A stretch of DNA of 54,724 nucleotides from Ruminococcus sp. (GCA_015066955.1 SVNJ01000001.1:1-54724); one strand, 5' to 3'; positions 39,394-49,694 are shown, numbered from the stretch's first letter. Numbers and translations are program-made. Notes: generated from the letters alone by a model not told the origin.

Positions 39394-41376
39394 TTAGTTT
39401 TCCTCATCAAATAAACCGTTTGCTGATTTCTTTTTATGAAACTCTTCTTCTGTCTTCTCCTGAGAGTCAACATCAGATTCCTCATAAATTTCCTCGTCAT
39501 TATCATCCTGTGAGCTGTCAGCCATTTCCTGTGCACGAAGTTCGTTAATCTGCTCTATTTCCGCACGATACTCTTCTTCAAGTTCAGGATTAAGAATAAT
39601 CATTTCTTCAAGATACTGTATTCTTCTGAGTCTCTTCTCTTCAAGTGCCACAAGTCTTCTCTGTTCTTCTATACTCTTAATCTGCTCGTTAGCCGGAATA
39701 TCGGGTTCAAGCTCGATTATATCCATTGAAATAAGCTTAAGTGACAGATAACGTCCGTCATTTCCTTTTATCTTAAGTTCTTTTCTGCGATATACATTGC
39801 TTGCACAGATTGTAATCTCAATATAATCCTTATCTGCAAACCAGCTGTTCGGAACCTGAAGCAGGAAGCCTCTGTTCTTTCTTGTAAAGAGCTTGGCACT
39901 GCGGACATAATGACCGTTTACGTAGAATTTAAGGTGAACCTCATACTGCTTGTATCTGAGATAAGGACCTCCTCTTAGCTTGATTGCCAAATCCTTATCG
40001 GTATGAGGAATATGGAAACCGATTTTTGCCTTTTTGCTTACAATCCAGCGTCCGACATTGTCGGGATACTCTATTCCCTCAGTATATATATCGGGATATC
40101 TTGCAAAACGTATGTAATTATTAAGCTGCATCTGATACATAGTTTTTGTATCATTCTTTGTTGCAGCAAGATAATTGTAGAATCTCTCACAGAAACCTGA
40201 ATTGTAGTAGAAGAAACGGTCTCTCTTTTCCTTGTCGGATTCAGTAAACTCAAAATCAGTCTTAAAGTATCCGTCAAGCATATCTATACACTCATCAACC
40301 GTATCAACGACATTGAAAATGTAGTCCTCCTTATCCTTGTACGGAGTCGGAAGATCAGTCTTATGCTTGTATCTGAGACAATCCTCACGGTCAGGTACAT
40401 TAAGGAAAATTACAGGCTTGTGCTGGAACCACATTTCAAAGCACATGGATGAATAGTCAGTAATAAGTATTGCGGAATCTCTCTTTGCTGCTGCTATCTC
40501 CGCATCTTCAAGAATATGAATTCCGTCAAGAACGTCGCTTCCGCAAACTGAAAGTACGGTGTGATGCAGAGCAACCTTTACTGTATAACCGTAATCCTTT
40601 ACAAGCTTTGTAAAGCGGGGATCCTTAAGCAGTCCGGTAATGGTCTGAACATAGACAGACTCGGTTATATCGGAAATATGACGAAGGTATCTTCTGTGAG
40701 TAAAATAAATGAAGATACTCTTTTCAGACTTAGCATTATCGGCACTGAGCAAATCCCATCTGAAAAGACCGTTCGGTACAAGGTTTTCCTCTTCGTAGCA
40801 GCCCTTGCTTATAAACAGTTCCTTTTCAAACTCATTGCTTATCATAATTTTATCAAAAAGGAACTGGCTGTAGGTTGCCTGTGTAATAAAGTTGTTCTTG
40901 AAGAAGTTTACACCGTGCTGTGTGAAAAAGGAATATACATACGGACTTTTCTTAACCGCATCGGTAATTCCGAAATTAAGTGCGTGCATTACCTGAAAAC
41001 CGCCGCAGATAAACTTTGTGGTCTTGAAAAGATTCTTAAGCTGCCATGAAAACTTAACGTGATTTTCTGTTGAATACGGAATAATGTTATCACCGTATTC
41101 AGCTTTTATTTCAGGATAAGCACTTGAATGCTCATTTATGATATAATAAGGCTCAAAACCGCTGTCCTTCTTATTATAGATATATTTGAAAAGCTCAAAC
41201 TCATCCTGTGGAGAAGTATTTTCCTCAAGAATGAAATCACAGGTTATTATTTTATTTCTTTCTGTATTTTCAGACATTGCCTTATTAATAAGATAGGCAA
41301 TAACCTTTCTGTATATTCTGCTTCTGAGAACAAGCATCGGATATTTAAACTTCCAATACAAAAAATCTTTAAGCAT
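39394..41376 (-). CDS. CDP-glycerol glycerophosphotransferase (TagF/TagB-like) family protein with C-terminal extension
   Basis: FTQHGV, GLFRWDLL, THR and LITDYSS motifs resemble the TagF fold; acidic C-terminal tail. Confidence 0.75.
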   Translation of the reverse strand: MLKDFLYWKFKYPMLVLRSRIYRKVIAYLINKAMSENTERNKIITCDFILEENTSPQDEFELFKYIYNKKDSGFEPYYIINEHSSAYPEIKAEYGDNIIPYSTENHVKFSWQLKNLFKTTKFICGGFQVMHALNFGITDAVKKSPYVYSFFTQHGVNFFKNNFITQATYSQFLFDKIMISNEFEKELFISKGCYEEENLVPNGLFRWDLLSADNAKSEKSIFIYFTHRRYLRHISDITESVYVQTITGLLKDPRFTKLVKDYGYTVKVALHHTVLSVCGSDVLDGIHILEDAEIAAAKRDSAILITDYSSMCFEMWFQHKPVIFLNVPDREDCLRYKHKTDLPTPYKDKEDYIFNVVDTVDECIDMLDGYFKTDFEFTESDKEKRDRFFYYNSGFCERFYNYLAATKNDTKTMYQMQLNNYIRFARYPDIYTEGIEYPDNVGRWIVSKKAKIGFHIPHTDKDLAIKLRGGPYLRYKQYEVHLKFYVNGHYVRSAKLFTRKNRGFLLQVPNSWFADKDYIEITICASNVYRRKELKIKGNDGRYLSLKLISMDIIELEPDIPANEQIKSIEEQRRLVALEEKRLRRIQYLEEMIILNPELEEEYRAEIEQINELRAQEMADSSQDDNDEEIYEESDVDSQEKTEEEFHKKKSANGLFDEEN

Positions 41377-41483
41377 ACAAAATTTACGTCCTTTCAAAAA
41401 TTACTATCCTGCTAATTAAAGCATCGGTTATATATGTTTTTAACCGAATGCCGGGAATTAGTAAGCCTAAAACAACTCATATT

Positions 41484-41513
41484 ATTATATACCAATAAAA
41501 GCTGTATTGTCAA
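41484..41513 (-). promoter_or_regulatory. Sigma-A-type promoter of the TagF-like gene
   Basis: TTGACA-18 bp-TATAAT. Confidence 0.65.
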
Positions 41514-41609
41514 TGCTTTATATTTTAAAAGCTCTTTTTTTGTAGGAAAAGTGCAAAACACATCGTACATAAGAAATATAATTGATAAAATGACGTTACT
41601 TCCTGTAAA

Positions 41610-42710
41610 TCACTTCAGTGTCACACTGTTGTTCAATACAAGCGTACTGTACAGAAAAAGCACATCCTGATTCTCAAAATCCATGAAGTTTCCAAGCATA
41701 GCAGATGAGAGATATCTTATATCAACAAGAGTGATTTTTGAGTAGCCCTCAGCAAGAAGGGGTGCGAGACTGCTTCCGAATGAATCACGGAAAACAATAA
41801 GCTCCTTATCGGATGAAGCGTTCGGATTTGTTATTTCAATAAGCGAAACAGAACCCAAAAGATACATTTCATAAGGGTCTTTTCCGTATGCCTTTTCCAT
41901 ATCATACATACTTCCCTCGCTGTCTGTTTCGTAATTGTATACCTTGCAGTTTCTGAGCATATCATTTTCAAGATAATATATCTCATCGGCATCACACGGC
42001 AGTGCAAGCTGTCCGTAGTATACTCCGTAAAAAGGATTATCAAGAAGCTGCTGAGTATAATCACTTCTTACAGCAGTACCCATTTCCGATGCAAGCTTTT
42101 CGGCAGTATCTTTTATTTTCTCCTGTCGCCAGTGCGTATCGGTTTTGTAGTAATCACCTATTTCAAGTGTATCGGAAATATCTATATAATTCATATAACC
42201 GCACTGCTCACGCATATATTCCTCAAGCTTTTTGTATTCCATTGAAGGATAGCCGTTATCCTCCGCAAGGAAATAATTCTTATCGGGAATTATGCTCAGA
42301 TACACACTGCATTCCGTATCACTCAGATAATTATTATAAATATTTTCAAATCGCTCAGACGCATAGTCAAGAGAATCTGTATTCAGCGGATATTCAAGCT
42401 TTGAAATATACCCCTCTGACATATATACTCCATTATTATCCCTGAGTCCCATAAGCTTCATTGCTGTGAATGCCTTAAGCGTTCTCATTTTATCACGCAG
42501 AGGAAAATTATCAAGTGCAAAGCTTTCGGTATCGGTCATAAATTCTCCCGACATTACTGTTTCCTTATTCAGCTTCGGAAATTCCGCAAGCTGTCTGCGT
42601 TCACTTTCGGAAAATTCGCCGTGCGGCTTGATTATTCCCCATACGCTAAGCACAAGTACAAAAGCGGACGCAAGAAGAATAACCGCATAATTTTTAAATT
42701 TAGTATTCAT
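41610..42710 (-). CDS. DHHW-family (AlgJ/AlgX-like) putative O-acetyltransferase
   Basis: N-terminal TM, SESERRQLAEFP, YYKTDTHW, FRDSFG and VDIRY; directly after the MBOAT gene. Confidence 0.8.
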   Translation of the reverse strand: MNTKFKNYAVILLASAFVLVLSVWGIIKPHGEFSESERRQLAEFPKLNKETVMSGEFMTDTESFALDNFPLRDKMRTLKAFTAMKLMGLRDNNGVYMSEGYISKLEYPLNTDSLDYASERFENIYNNYLSDTECSVYLSIIPDKNYFLAEDNGYPSMEYKKLEEYMREQCGYMNYIDISDTLEIGDYYKTDTHWRQEKIKDTAEKLASEMGTAVRSDYTQQLLDNPFYGVYYGQLALPCDADEIYYLENDMLRNCKVYNYETDSEGSMYDMEKAYGKDPYEMYLLGSVSLIEITNPNASSDKELIVFRDSFGSSLAPLLAEGYSKITLVDIRYLSSAMLGNFMDFENQDVLFLYSTLVLNNSVTLK

Positions 42711-42721
42711 CTGTCGTCCTC

Positions 42722-44122
42722 CTAAAATCTGAAATATAAAAATGGATTGAATGAACCATCCACAAGAAATGCCGTTGACAGCAGAAGCATTATGAAAAGT
42801 ACTATCGGTTCGGCTGTATTTATAATAATACGTGTTTTGTCACTGTTTTCAGCCTTTGAAAGCAAATTACGGACAAACGGTGCGGAACCGACCACTGCAA
42901 ACAGCAGGATCAGACCATAGCTTCTGAGATAATATAATCCATCATCCGATACAATAGAATAATCTCCTGCTCCGAACATTGCACCTATTGTACAAATACC
43001 TTCTCCCATATCAGCTGAATCAAATATTACAAAGCTTATTATAACTGCCAATAAAACATAAATGTGGCTGAATACAACCGATTTATCAAGCTTATTTTTA
43101 AGCCAAAGCTTTTCCGCCGCAAGGAATACCGCAAAATAAAGTCCCCATATTACAAAATTCCATGCCGCACCGTGCCATAAGCCCGTTGCCATCCATACTA
43201 CAAGAATATTGAAAAGCCATCTTGCCTTAGAACAGCGGTTTCCTCCAAGAGGGATGTAAAGGTAGTCCCTGAACCATGAACCGAGTGAAATATGCCAGCG
43301 TCTCCAGAATTCCGTTACACTCTTTGAAATGTACGGATAATTGAAGTTCTCCACAAAGTCAAAACCAAGTATTTTTCCAAGTCCCACTGCCATATCACTG
43401 TAGCCTGAAAAATCAAAATAGATATACAAGGATGCCGCTATTGCATACACCCAGAAAAACAGTACCGACTTATCCTCAGAGGCTTTAAACACATCACAAA
43501 GCTGCGCAAGATTGTTTGCAAGCAGAACCTTTTTTGAAAGACCGATTACAAAGCGTCGAACGCCGTATGACGCCTTTTCAATTGTATGCTCTCTGTTTTC
43601 AAGCTGACGTGCAATGTCTGAATAACGGACAATGGGTCCTGCAATAAGCTGAGGAAACATTGCCACATACGCCGCCAGATTTATAAAATTACGCTGTGCC
43701 TTAACCTGACCTCTGTACACGTCAGCTACATAGCTGAGAATCTGAAATGTATAAAAGCTTATTCCTATAGGCAACGCTATTCCTAGTGCTTTAATCGAAA
43801 TTCCCGTTATTGCACTGAAGTTTTCAATGAAGAAATCCGCATATTTACAGTAAGCAAGCAGTCCCAGACTTATTGTCACTGATAAAATCAAAAACAGCTT
43901 TGACTGCTTTCTGCCATTGTATTTTTCTATCAGAAGTCCGAGAATATAACCCTGTATCACCGAAACAAGCATGAAAATAATGAATTTCGGTTCTCCCCAT
44001 GCGTAGAAAAAGAGACTCGACATGAGAAGAACCGTATTTTTCAGCTTTTTCGGAGCGATAAAGTATACCGCAAGTGTAATCGGGAGAAAGTAAAAGAGAA
44101 ATGTTATACTTGAAAATACCAT
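42722..44122 (-). CDS. MBOAT family O-acyltransferase (AlgI/PatA-like)
   Basis: LPIGISFYTFQ, FPQLIAGPI, DFSGYSDMA, FWRRWHISL and GLWHGAAWNF motifs. Confidence 0.93.
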   Translation of the reverse strand: MVFSSITFLFYFLPITLAVYFIAPKKLKNTVLLMSSLFFYAWGEPKFIIFMLVSVIQGYILGLLIEKYNGRKQSKLFLILSVTISLGLLAYCKYADFFIENFSAITGISIKALGIALPIGISFYTFQILSYVADVYRGQVKAQRNFINLAAYVAMFPQLIAGPIVRYSDIARQLENREHTIEKASYGVRRFVIGLSKKVLLANNLAQLCDVFKASEDKSVLFFWVYAIAASLYIYFDFSGYSDMAVGLGKILGFDFVENFNYPYISKSVTEFWRRWHISLGSWFRDYLYIPLGGNRCSKARWLFNILVVWMATGLWHGAAWNFVIWGLYFAVFLAAEKLWLKNKLDKSVVFSHIYVLLAVIISFVIFDSADMGEGICTIGAMFGAGDYSIVSDDGLYYLRSYGLILLFAVVGSAPFVRNLLSKAENSDKTRIIINTAEPIVLFIMLLLSTAFLVDGSFNPFLYFRF

Positions 44123-44139
44123 CGCTTCGTCCTTGTCAA

Positions 44140-44829
44140 TTATACAAGCTGTTCATCGTAAACAAGCTGTGCTGAAGCGTATGCTGCTGTAACCTTTGCC
44201 TTGAAATTATCAATTAAATCAGCACTGCCGAATGCAGAAATAACATAGCCGTCAACTGTCATTACGATAAGCTTGTCAGGGAAACCGCACATCCACTGAC
44301 GAACAAGTATATTCTCCTTTATGCCGTCAGCTATTGTCTGTACATCAGCTTCATTTGCAGCATGGAAAGCACCGCATGTAAATGTGTTTGCATTCATCAT
44401 GTGAACAAGTGATGCCGCATCATCGATAAGTTCCGCTGAAGCTGCAGGAATTCCGAGAACAGAATCAAGAGTTTCCTTGTCTTCAATTCCGAATTTTCCG
44501 GGAGCATCCATTGTCATGTTTTCCTCTGAATAGTCACCGCCTGCTGCTGCAAACTTCTCTGCATCCTCGTAAGAAGCCCATACTGAATTAAGAAGTCCGA
44601 GTGCACCCTCTGCATCAGCTTCAGGAGCACTTTCTTCTGCAGCTTCTGTTGTTTCTGCTTCAGTCTCTGCCTCTGTTTCAGCTTCAGTCTCTGCCTCTTC
44701 AGTAGCTTCCGCCTCTGAACTCATTGAGCTTTCCTTTGAAGACTCAGAGCTGCTCTGTTCATCCTTTTCGCAGCCTGTAAATGCAGCCGCCATCATTAAT
44801 GCCATTAAAAATGCTGTAATCTTTTTCAT
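44140..44829 (-). CDS. Lipoprotein associated with the MBOAT/DHHW cassette
   Basis: Lipobox FTGC, acidic (EAET)n linker, HMMNANTFTCG and QWMCGFPDKL; first gene of the operon. Confidence 0.75.
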   Translation of the reverse strand: MKKITAFLMALMMAAAFTGCEKDEQSSSESSKESSMSSEAEATEEAETEAETEAETEAETTEAAEESAPEADAEGALGLLNSVWASYEDAEKFAAAGGDYSEENMTMDAPGKFGIEDKETLDSVLGIPAASAELIDDAASLVHMMNANTFTCGAFHAANEADVQTIADGIKENILVRQWMCGFPDKLIVMTVDGYVISAFGSADLIDNFKAKVTAAYASAQLVYDEQLV

Positions 44830-44879
44830 TTGAATTTCCTCCAAAAAATAATGATCGTTATTTTCTTAACAACCTGCTT

Positions 44880-44908
44880 ATTATATCATTATTAATGCAA
44901 TATGTCAA
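44880..44908 (-). promoter_or_regulatory. Consensus sigma-A promoter for lipoprotein-MBOAT-DHHW
   Basis: TTGACA-17 bp-TATAAT with TG extension. Confidence 0.8.
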
Positions 44909-45034
44909 TATAAAAGCGTATTTTTCATGCTGTTATTTTTCTGCATTTTCTATTAATATATTCTTACATTTTATTTTAAACAGGTTTTTACAAATAATAC
45001 ATCCTATAAATCATTCACGGATTTAAAAAAATTA

Positions 45035-45063
45035 TTGAAATTCCTTGCAAAGTATGTTATAAT
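45035..45063 (+). promoter_or_regulatory. Sigma-A-type promoter for the HD gene and metY
   Basis: TTGAAA-17 bp-TATAAT with TG extension. Confidence 0.7.
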
Positions 45064-45106
45064 ATCACTGTACATTAAGTACTAAAATTATATTAGGAAG
45101 ATTAAT

Positions 45107-45625
45107 ATGCTAAAAGCTATCGGTTCCCGAAAGGAGCTTACCGTCAACAGTTATTTTGACTGCATAAGCGACATCATAGATTCCGACGAACTCAGACAGC
45201 TGAAGGATATTACCCACCACATCTGTACAACACGCTTTCAGCACTGCATTAACGTTTCCTACTACAGCTATATCATCTGCAGGAAGCTGCGTCTTAATGC
45301 TCGTTCAGCCGCAAGAGCAGGGCTTCTGCATGATTTATTCTACTATAACAGAAAAACTTACAATGCTATGCGTTCAAAAGGTCAGCTCTCCCACAGCAAT
45401 ATGCATTCACTGGTTGCTGCGGAAAATGCTTCAAAGTATTTCAATATATCTGAACTTGAACGTGACATTATCGAAAAGCATATGTGGCCTGCAACAAAGA
45501 AGCTTCCTAAATACAAGGAGGGGTATGTTATCGTTATGGTCGATAAGTACTGCGCTCTTCTTGAATTTATATTGCCTAATCTGAAAAAATGCACCGCTTT
45601 TGCTGTACGAAATGACAAAAAATGA
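45107..45625 (+). CDS. HD-domain phosphohydrolase
   Basis: TRFQHC, AGLLHDLF, IIEKHMWP and VDKY motifs. Confidence 0.88.
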   Translation: MLKAIGSRKELTVNSYFDCISDIIDSDELRQLKDITHHICTTRFQHCINVSYYSYIICRKLRLNARSAARAGLLHDLFYYNRKTYNAMRSKGQLSHSNMHSLVAAENASKYFNISELERDIIEKHMWPATKKLPKYKEGYVIVMVDKYCALLEFILPNLKKCTAFAVRNDKK

Positions 45626-45681
45626 CTTTTATACCTTTCAGGTATTTATAAAGTAAATCACAAATCCGGAGGTAATTAATT

Positions 45682-46947
45682 ATGAGAATTGAAACACAGT
45701 GCCTTCATGAAGGCTACACTCCAAAAAACACGGAGCCTCGTGTAGTTCCTATCGTTCAGAGTACAACTTACGTTTATGACTCTACCGACGATGTTGCTGC
45801 TGTATTTGACGACCCTACGAAAAGTCTCATCTATTCAAGATTTGAAAACCCTACAGTTATGGCTGTAGAGGATAAAATTGCCGCTCTCGAAGGCGGTATC
45901 GGTGCAATGTGTACTTCAAGCGGTCAGGCTGCTTCACTCTGCTCACTTCTTAACATCTGTCAGTCAGGCGACAGCTTTATTTCTGCTTCAACTATCTACG
46001 GCGGTACGGTAAACCTTTTTGCCGTAACCCTCAAGAAGCTCGGTATTGAGTGCATTTTCGTTGACGCAGATGCTTCCGAAGAAGAACTCAGAAATGCAAT
46101 CAAGCCTAATACAAAGGCTATTTTCGGTGAAACTCTTGCAAATCCCGCACTTGCTGTTCTTGATATAGAAAAGTTTGCTAAGGTGGCTCACGAAAATAAT
46201 ATTCCCCTTATCATCGACAATACCTTCCCTACTCCCGTTCTTTGCCGTCCCATTGAGCATGGTGCTGATATTGTTATCCACTCCACTTCAAAGTATATGG
46301 ACGGACATGCTGTTCAGGTAGGCGGCGTTATTGTTGACTCAGGCAATTTTGACTGGACTAACGGCAAATTCCCTGAATTTACAGAACCTGATGAAAGTTA
46401 TCATGGTATTGTTTACACTGAAACCTACGGTAAGGCGGCTTATATCGTAAAGGCAAGAATGCAGCTCATGAGAGATTTCGGCTGCTATCCTTCCGCACAG
46501 TCTGCTTTCTATCTCAATCTCGGTCTTGAAACCCTTGCACTCCGCATGAAGCAGTACTGCGAAAATGCTAAGATTATTTCTGAATTCCTTGAGGCTAACG
46601 ATAAGGTTGAATCGGTGAATTATCCAGGTCTGAAGAGCAATAAGTATTATGACCTTGCTCAGAAATACCTTCCCGACGGCTGCAGCGGTGTTATCTCCTT
46701 TGTTATCAAGGGCGGAAGAGATACTGCTGTCAAGTTTATGGATTCTCTTAAGCTTGCTTCAAACGAGGTTCACGTTGCTGATATACGTACCTGCGTACTT
46801 CACCCTGCAAGTGCTACTCACCGTCAGCTTACCGATGAACAGCTTGTTGCCTGCGGTATCGATGCAGGTATGATTCGTTTCTCTGTAGGTCTTGAAAATG
46901 TTGAGGATATCCTCGATGACCTTAAGCAGGCTTTTGCGGCTATTTAA
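45682..46947 (+). CDS. metY: O-acetylhomoserine aminocarboxypropyltransferase (sulfhydrylase)
   Basis: YSRFENPT, IDNTF, PLP lysine motif HSTSKYMDGH, HPASATHRQL and IRFSVGLE. Confidence 0.9.
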   Translation: MRIETQCLHEGYTPKNTEPRVVPIVQSTTYVYDSTDDVAAVFDDPTKSLIYSRFENPTVMAVEDKIAALEGGIGAMCTSSGQAASLCSLLNICQSGDSFISASTIYGGTVNLFAVTLKKLGIECIFVDADASEEELRNAIKPNTKAIFGETLANPALAVLDIEKFAKVAHENNIPLIIDNTFPTPVLCRPIEHGADIVIHSTSKYMDGHAVQVGGVIVDSGNFDWTNGKFPEFTEPDESYHGIVYTETYGKAAYIVKARMQLMRDFGCYPSAQSAFYLNLGLETLALRMKQYCENAKIISEFLEANDKVESVNYPGLKSNKYYDLAQKYLPDGCSGVISFVIKGGRDTAVKFMDSLKLASNEVHVADIRTCVLHPASATHRQLTDEQLVACGIDAGMIRFSVGLENVEDILDDLKQAFAAI

Positions 46948-46966
46948 TCAGAATATATAATATTTG

Positions 46967-47032
46967 CGGGCGGATATGATTTCCGCCCGATTTTCATATA
47001 TAAGCTAAGGGCAGCCATCACGGCTGCCCTTT
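46967..47032. terminator. Two hairpins terminating the convergent metY and sortase operons
   Basis: CGGGCGGA/TCCGCCCG plus TTTT (46967-46994) and AAGGGCAGCC/GGCTGCCCTT (47007-47031). Confidence 0.8.
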
Positions 47033-47034
47033 CA

Positions 47035-47907
47035 TCACGCCTTATTCTTGATTTTAGTAACAACTGCATAAGCAATAATCAATACCGCACCTGCCGAGGC
47101 AAATATAATCTGATTAAACATAAATAAGTCAACTGCCTTGTACATAAGCCCCGTAAATGCAGCAAAAATATATGGCTGCTTGATTGTGAATGCATCAAAA
47201 TAGCTTGTAGCATTGAGATATAGACACGGTACTATTCCGATAATTCCGGAAATAAGTGCCGATACGCCCGTCCAGTACAATACTGCGGAAACAGACTTCA
47301 TATTTATAAGTGCAAGTACTATTATAAGAAGCAGTGAAGCACCTGCCGCCGCAAGCGAAAGCTTACCGATGCTGCGGTAAATTCCTCCAGCTTTTTCAAA
47401 AATGCCCTCTTTATTGATTGTCTCAAACTTATAGATATCACACGCTTTACGTATCGTATCATACGCATTTTCAATAGTATTTCCAAGATATTCCTCGTAC
47501 TTTTCATCCATTGCATAGCCGCTCTTTTGAGCGTAGTCATTAAAAAAGCCTGTAATACTTTCTTCAAGTGCGGGATTTTCCATTCCCGTTGTATTGTCAA
47601 ACTTTCCGCCGTTCATTTTCTCAAAGCCGGCACTGATATTGATTTCAATAAGCTTTGAAATATATTCATCGGTAATTGCGTCGGTGTAAACCTGTGCAGG
47701 CACACCCGTTTCGTTGTAATTATCCTCAAAATGCTCGGTAAGCTCGGTCTTTACCATTGACACTATCTGCTTTTCCTCTGCAAGGTCTGTAAGTGCGGTG
47801 GTATCTGCAAGCTTATCCGCAAGCATAAGTGCGGATGTACCGAGAAGTGCAAAGGTCAGAAGGATTGAAACAAGAAGCGAGGGAATATAAGTTTTCAGAT
47901 TTTTCAA
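47035..47907 (-). CDS. Hypothetical membrane protein (1 N-terminal and about 3 C-terminal TM segments)
   Basis: Hydropathy pattern; start overlaps the sortase stop codon. Confidence 0.75.
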   Translation of the reverse strand: MKNLKTYIPSLLVSILLTFALLGTSALMLADKLADTTALTDLAEEKQIVSMVKTELTEHFEDNYNETGVPAQVYTDAITDEYISKLIEINISAGFEKMNGGKFDNTTGMENPALEESITGFFNDYAQKSGYAMDEKYEEYLGNTIENAYDTIRKACDIYKFETINKEGIFEKAGGIYRSIGKLSLAAAGASLLLIIVLALINMKSVSAVLYWTGVSALISGIIGIVPCLYLNATSYFDAFTIKQPYIFAAFTGLMYKAVDLFMFNQIIFASAGAVLIIAYAVVTKIKNKA

Positions 47908-48593
47908 TTCAGTGTCCCCTCCTCCGCCTGTACATAGAATTTCTTCTCCGTAAGCTCACATACAACGCCGATTCTTTCGTCAGAGGCACCGAATACATCC
48001 ATTTTGCAGGTGTACAGCGTAAGCTTTGTTTCATCGGAGGGATTAACATACCTTTTATCAGTCTTTTTGAAGCTGATAAGCTCTTTTACAGTGTACGTAA
48101 ACTCACCGTAATTTGTATTGATTGTAACCTTATCTCCTACAGCAAGCTCAGACAGCTTAGCAAAATATGTATCAGCATGAGCACTGATTACGGTATTTCC
48201 GCCTTCACCCGGAAGCTTTGAATAAGAAGCCTGACATGCACCGAGTTTTAAAATCTCTCGCTCACTTCCCCAGTAAACAGGTACGCTGACTTCAAGCTTA
48301 TCATTTCTCAGCTCAGCATACTTCTCACCGAATGACGGGCGTATTACCTCGCCTTCATCGGATATAGTACCTTCAAATTCAAGGTTTATATTACCGTCCT
48401 TGATGACAAGTCCGTTTGAGCTGTTAATGGGGTTTGAATGTGTACTGTCATTGAATGCAAGATTCAGATACATTGAAATCTTATTGTAAGGCTTGATTGC
48501 ACCTAAAATAATCACAGCCGTACATATCAGCAGAATAATTACGGGAGTTGCAATCAGAAGCAGAAGATTTCCTTTTGTCTTTTTTTCGTCCAT
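47904..48593 (-). CDS. Sortase (class D-like)
   Basis: N-terminal TM, ISAHADTYF His, LTLYTC catalytic Cys and downstream Arg (DERIGV). Confidence 0.88.
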   Translation of the reverse strand: MDEKKTKGNLLLLIATPVIILLICTAVIILGAIKPYNKISMYLNLAFNDSTHSNPINSSNGLVIKDGNINLEFEGTISDEGEVIRPSFGEKYAELRNDKLEVSVPVYWGSEREILKLGACQASYSKLPGEGGNTVISAHADTYFAKLSELAVGDKVTINTNYGEFTYTVKELISFKKTDKRYVNPSDETKLTLYTCKMDVFGASDERIGVVCELTEKKFYVQAEEGTLN

Positions 48594-48594
48594 T

Positions 48595-49626
48595 TTATTC
48601 CTCTGTTTCGTTTTTGTTGAAGCACTTACGGATTACAAGCCAGATACCGCCTGCTGCAGCAATAATGCAAGCTCCGCAGATTGAGTAGATAAGACGATAA
48701 TCATAGCCTGTATCATCAACAATAACACCTACGGTAGCTATGTCAATAAGCTCGCCCTTTTCATTTTTCATCAGCATTGAAACATTTTCGTCGGAAATTT
48801 CATCTACGGTTACCTCGACGCCCATAGACTCGCCTACTTCAACGAATTTATCAACTATCACAGCCTTATCATCCACAGGAAGCTGCTTTACTATGCTTTT
48901 AAGCTCCTCTGCTGAAAGAGAATGCATGAATGCCTGTCGTTCATCTTCGGGAAGTGAAGCAACGTAAGCCAGCTTTTCTTCAAGCGTCATATTTATGAAG
49001 TCCTTCTGATTGATTCGGTCGCTGCTGCTGCCACTGCCGGCATTACTGTTTGTGCTGCCGGAATTATTATTTGCATTGCCTGAATTGTTGTTTGAGTTGT
49101 TTCCGGTTGAAGCTGTCGGCTTTTCAGTCAGCACGCCGCTTACTTCCTGATCTGGTTTTCCTGACTGTCCCGAACTGCCGTTCTGCACAGGATTTGTGGT
49201 AATTGCACCGCCTGAATTTCCTGTCTCAGGCTGAAGATTTTCTCCATTGCCGCCCATTACAGCTTCGGTAGATTCTTCAGATGAATTACCCGATGAAGAA
49301 TTTCCCTGCTGACTTTCTTCGGATTCTGTGGGTGGCTGTGATGGCTGTTCTGAACCGATGAAATCCTCAAATTTTTCAATTACCAAGTCCCTATAATTCT
49401 CAATAGCATACAAGGCATTATCAAGGTAATAATCATTATCTGCATATTTCTCCGGATTCTGATAGTACTCACTTAGTCCTTGCTGTATCATAGTCTCGGG
49501 AATACCATTTTTTCTCGCCGCCTCAATAACATCTTCTACCGTCGTTGCATACGAAACCATACCAGAAGCAAGCACATAACTGAATGTAAGTGCCGCTGCC
49601 GCTATATTTGCAATTATTTTCTTCAT
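48595..49626 (-). CDS. Secreted low-complexity protein with a putative C-terminal sorting signal
   Basis: Signal peptide, Ser/Asn/Gly-rich linker, then VDDTG, a hydrophobic stretch and an RK tail; adjacent to the sortase. Confidence 0.7.
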   Translation of the reverse strand: MKKIIANIAAAALTFSYVLASGMVSYATTVEDVIEAARKNGIPETMIQQGLSEYYQNPEKYADNDYYLDNALYAIENYRDLVIEKFEDFIGSEQPSQPPTESEESQQGNSSSGNSSEESTEAVMGGNGENLQPETGNSGGAITTNPVQNGSSGQSGKPDQEVSGVLTEKPTASTGNNSNNNSGNANNNSGSTNSNAGSGSSSDRINQKDFINMTLEEKLAYVASLPEDERQAFMHSLSAEELKSIVKQLPVDDKAVIVDKFVEVGESMGVEVTVDEISDENVSMLMKNEKGELIDIATVGVIVDDTGYDYRLIYSICGACIIAAAGGIWLVIRKCFNKNETEE

Positions 49627-49665
49627 ATTTTCTCCTTTCGGATGGGGGCTTTTTTCCTATACCCA

Positions 49666-49694
49666 ATTATACATACTTTCACATATAAAGTCAA
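49666..49694 (-). promoter_or_regulatory. Sigma-A-type promoter of the sortase cassette
   Basis: TTGACT-17 bp-TATAAT. Confidence 0.7.

Noticed and set aside
42722-44122. MBOAT gene as dltB
   Set aside because: No dltA or dltC nearby, and the partner is a DHHW/AlgJ-like protein, which fits O-acetylation better than D-alanylation.
45626-45681. SAM riboswitch or T-box ahead of metY
   Set aside because: The intergenic gap is only 56 nt and has no such motifs.
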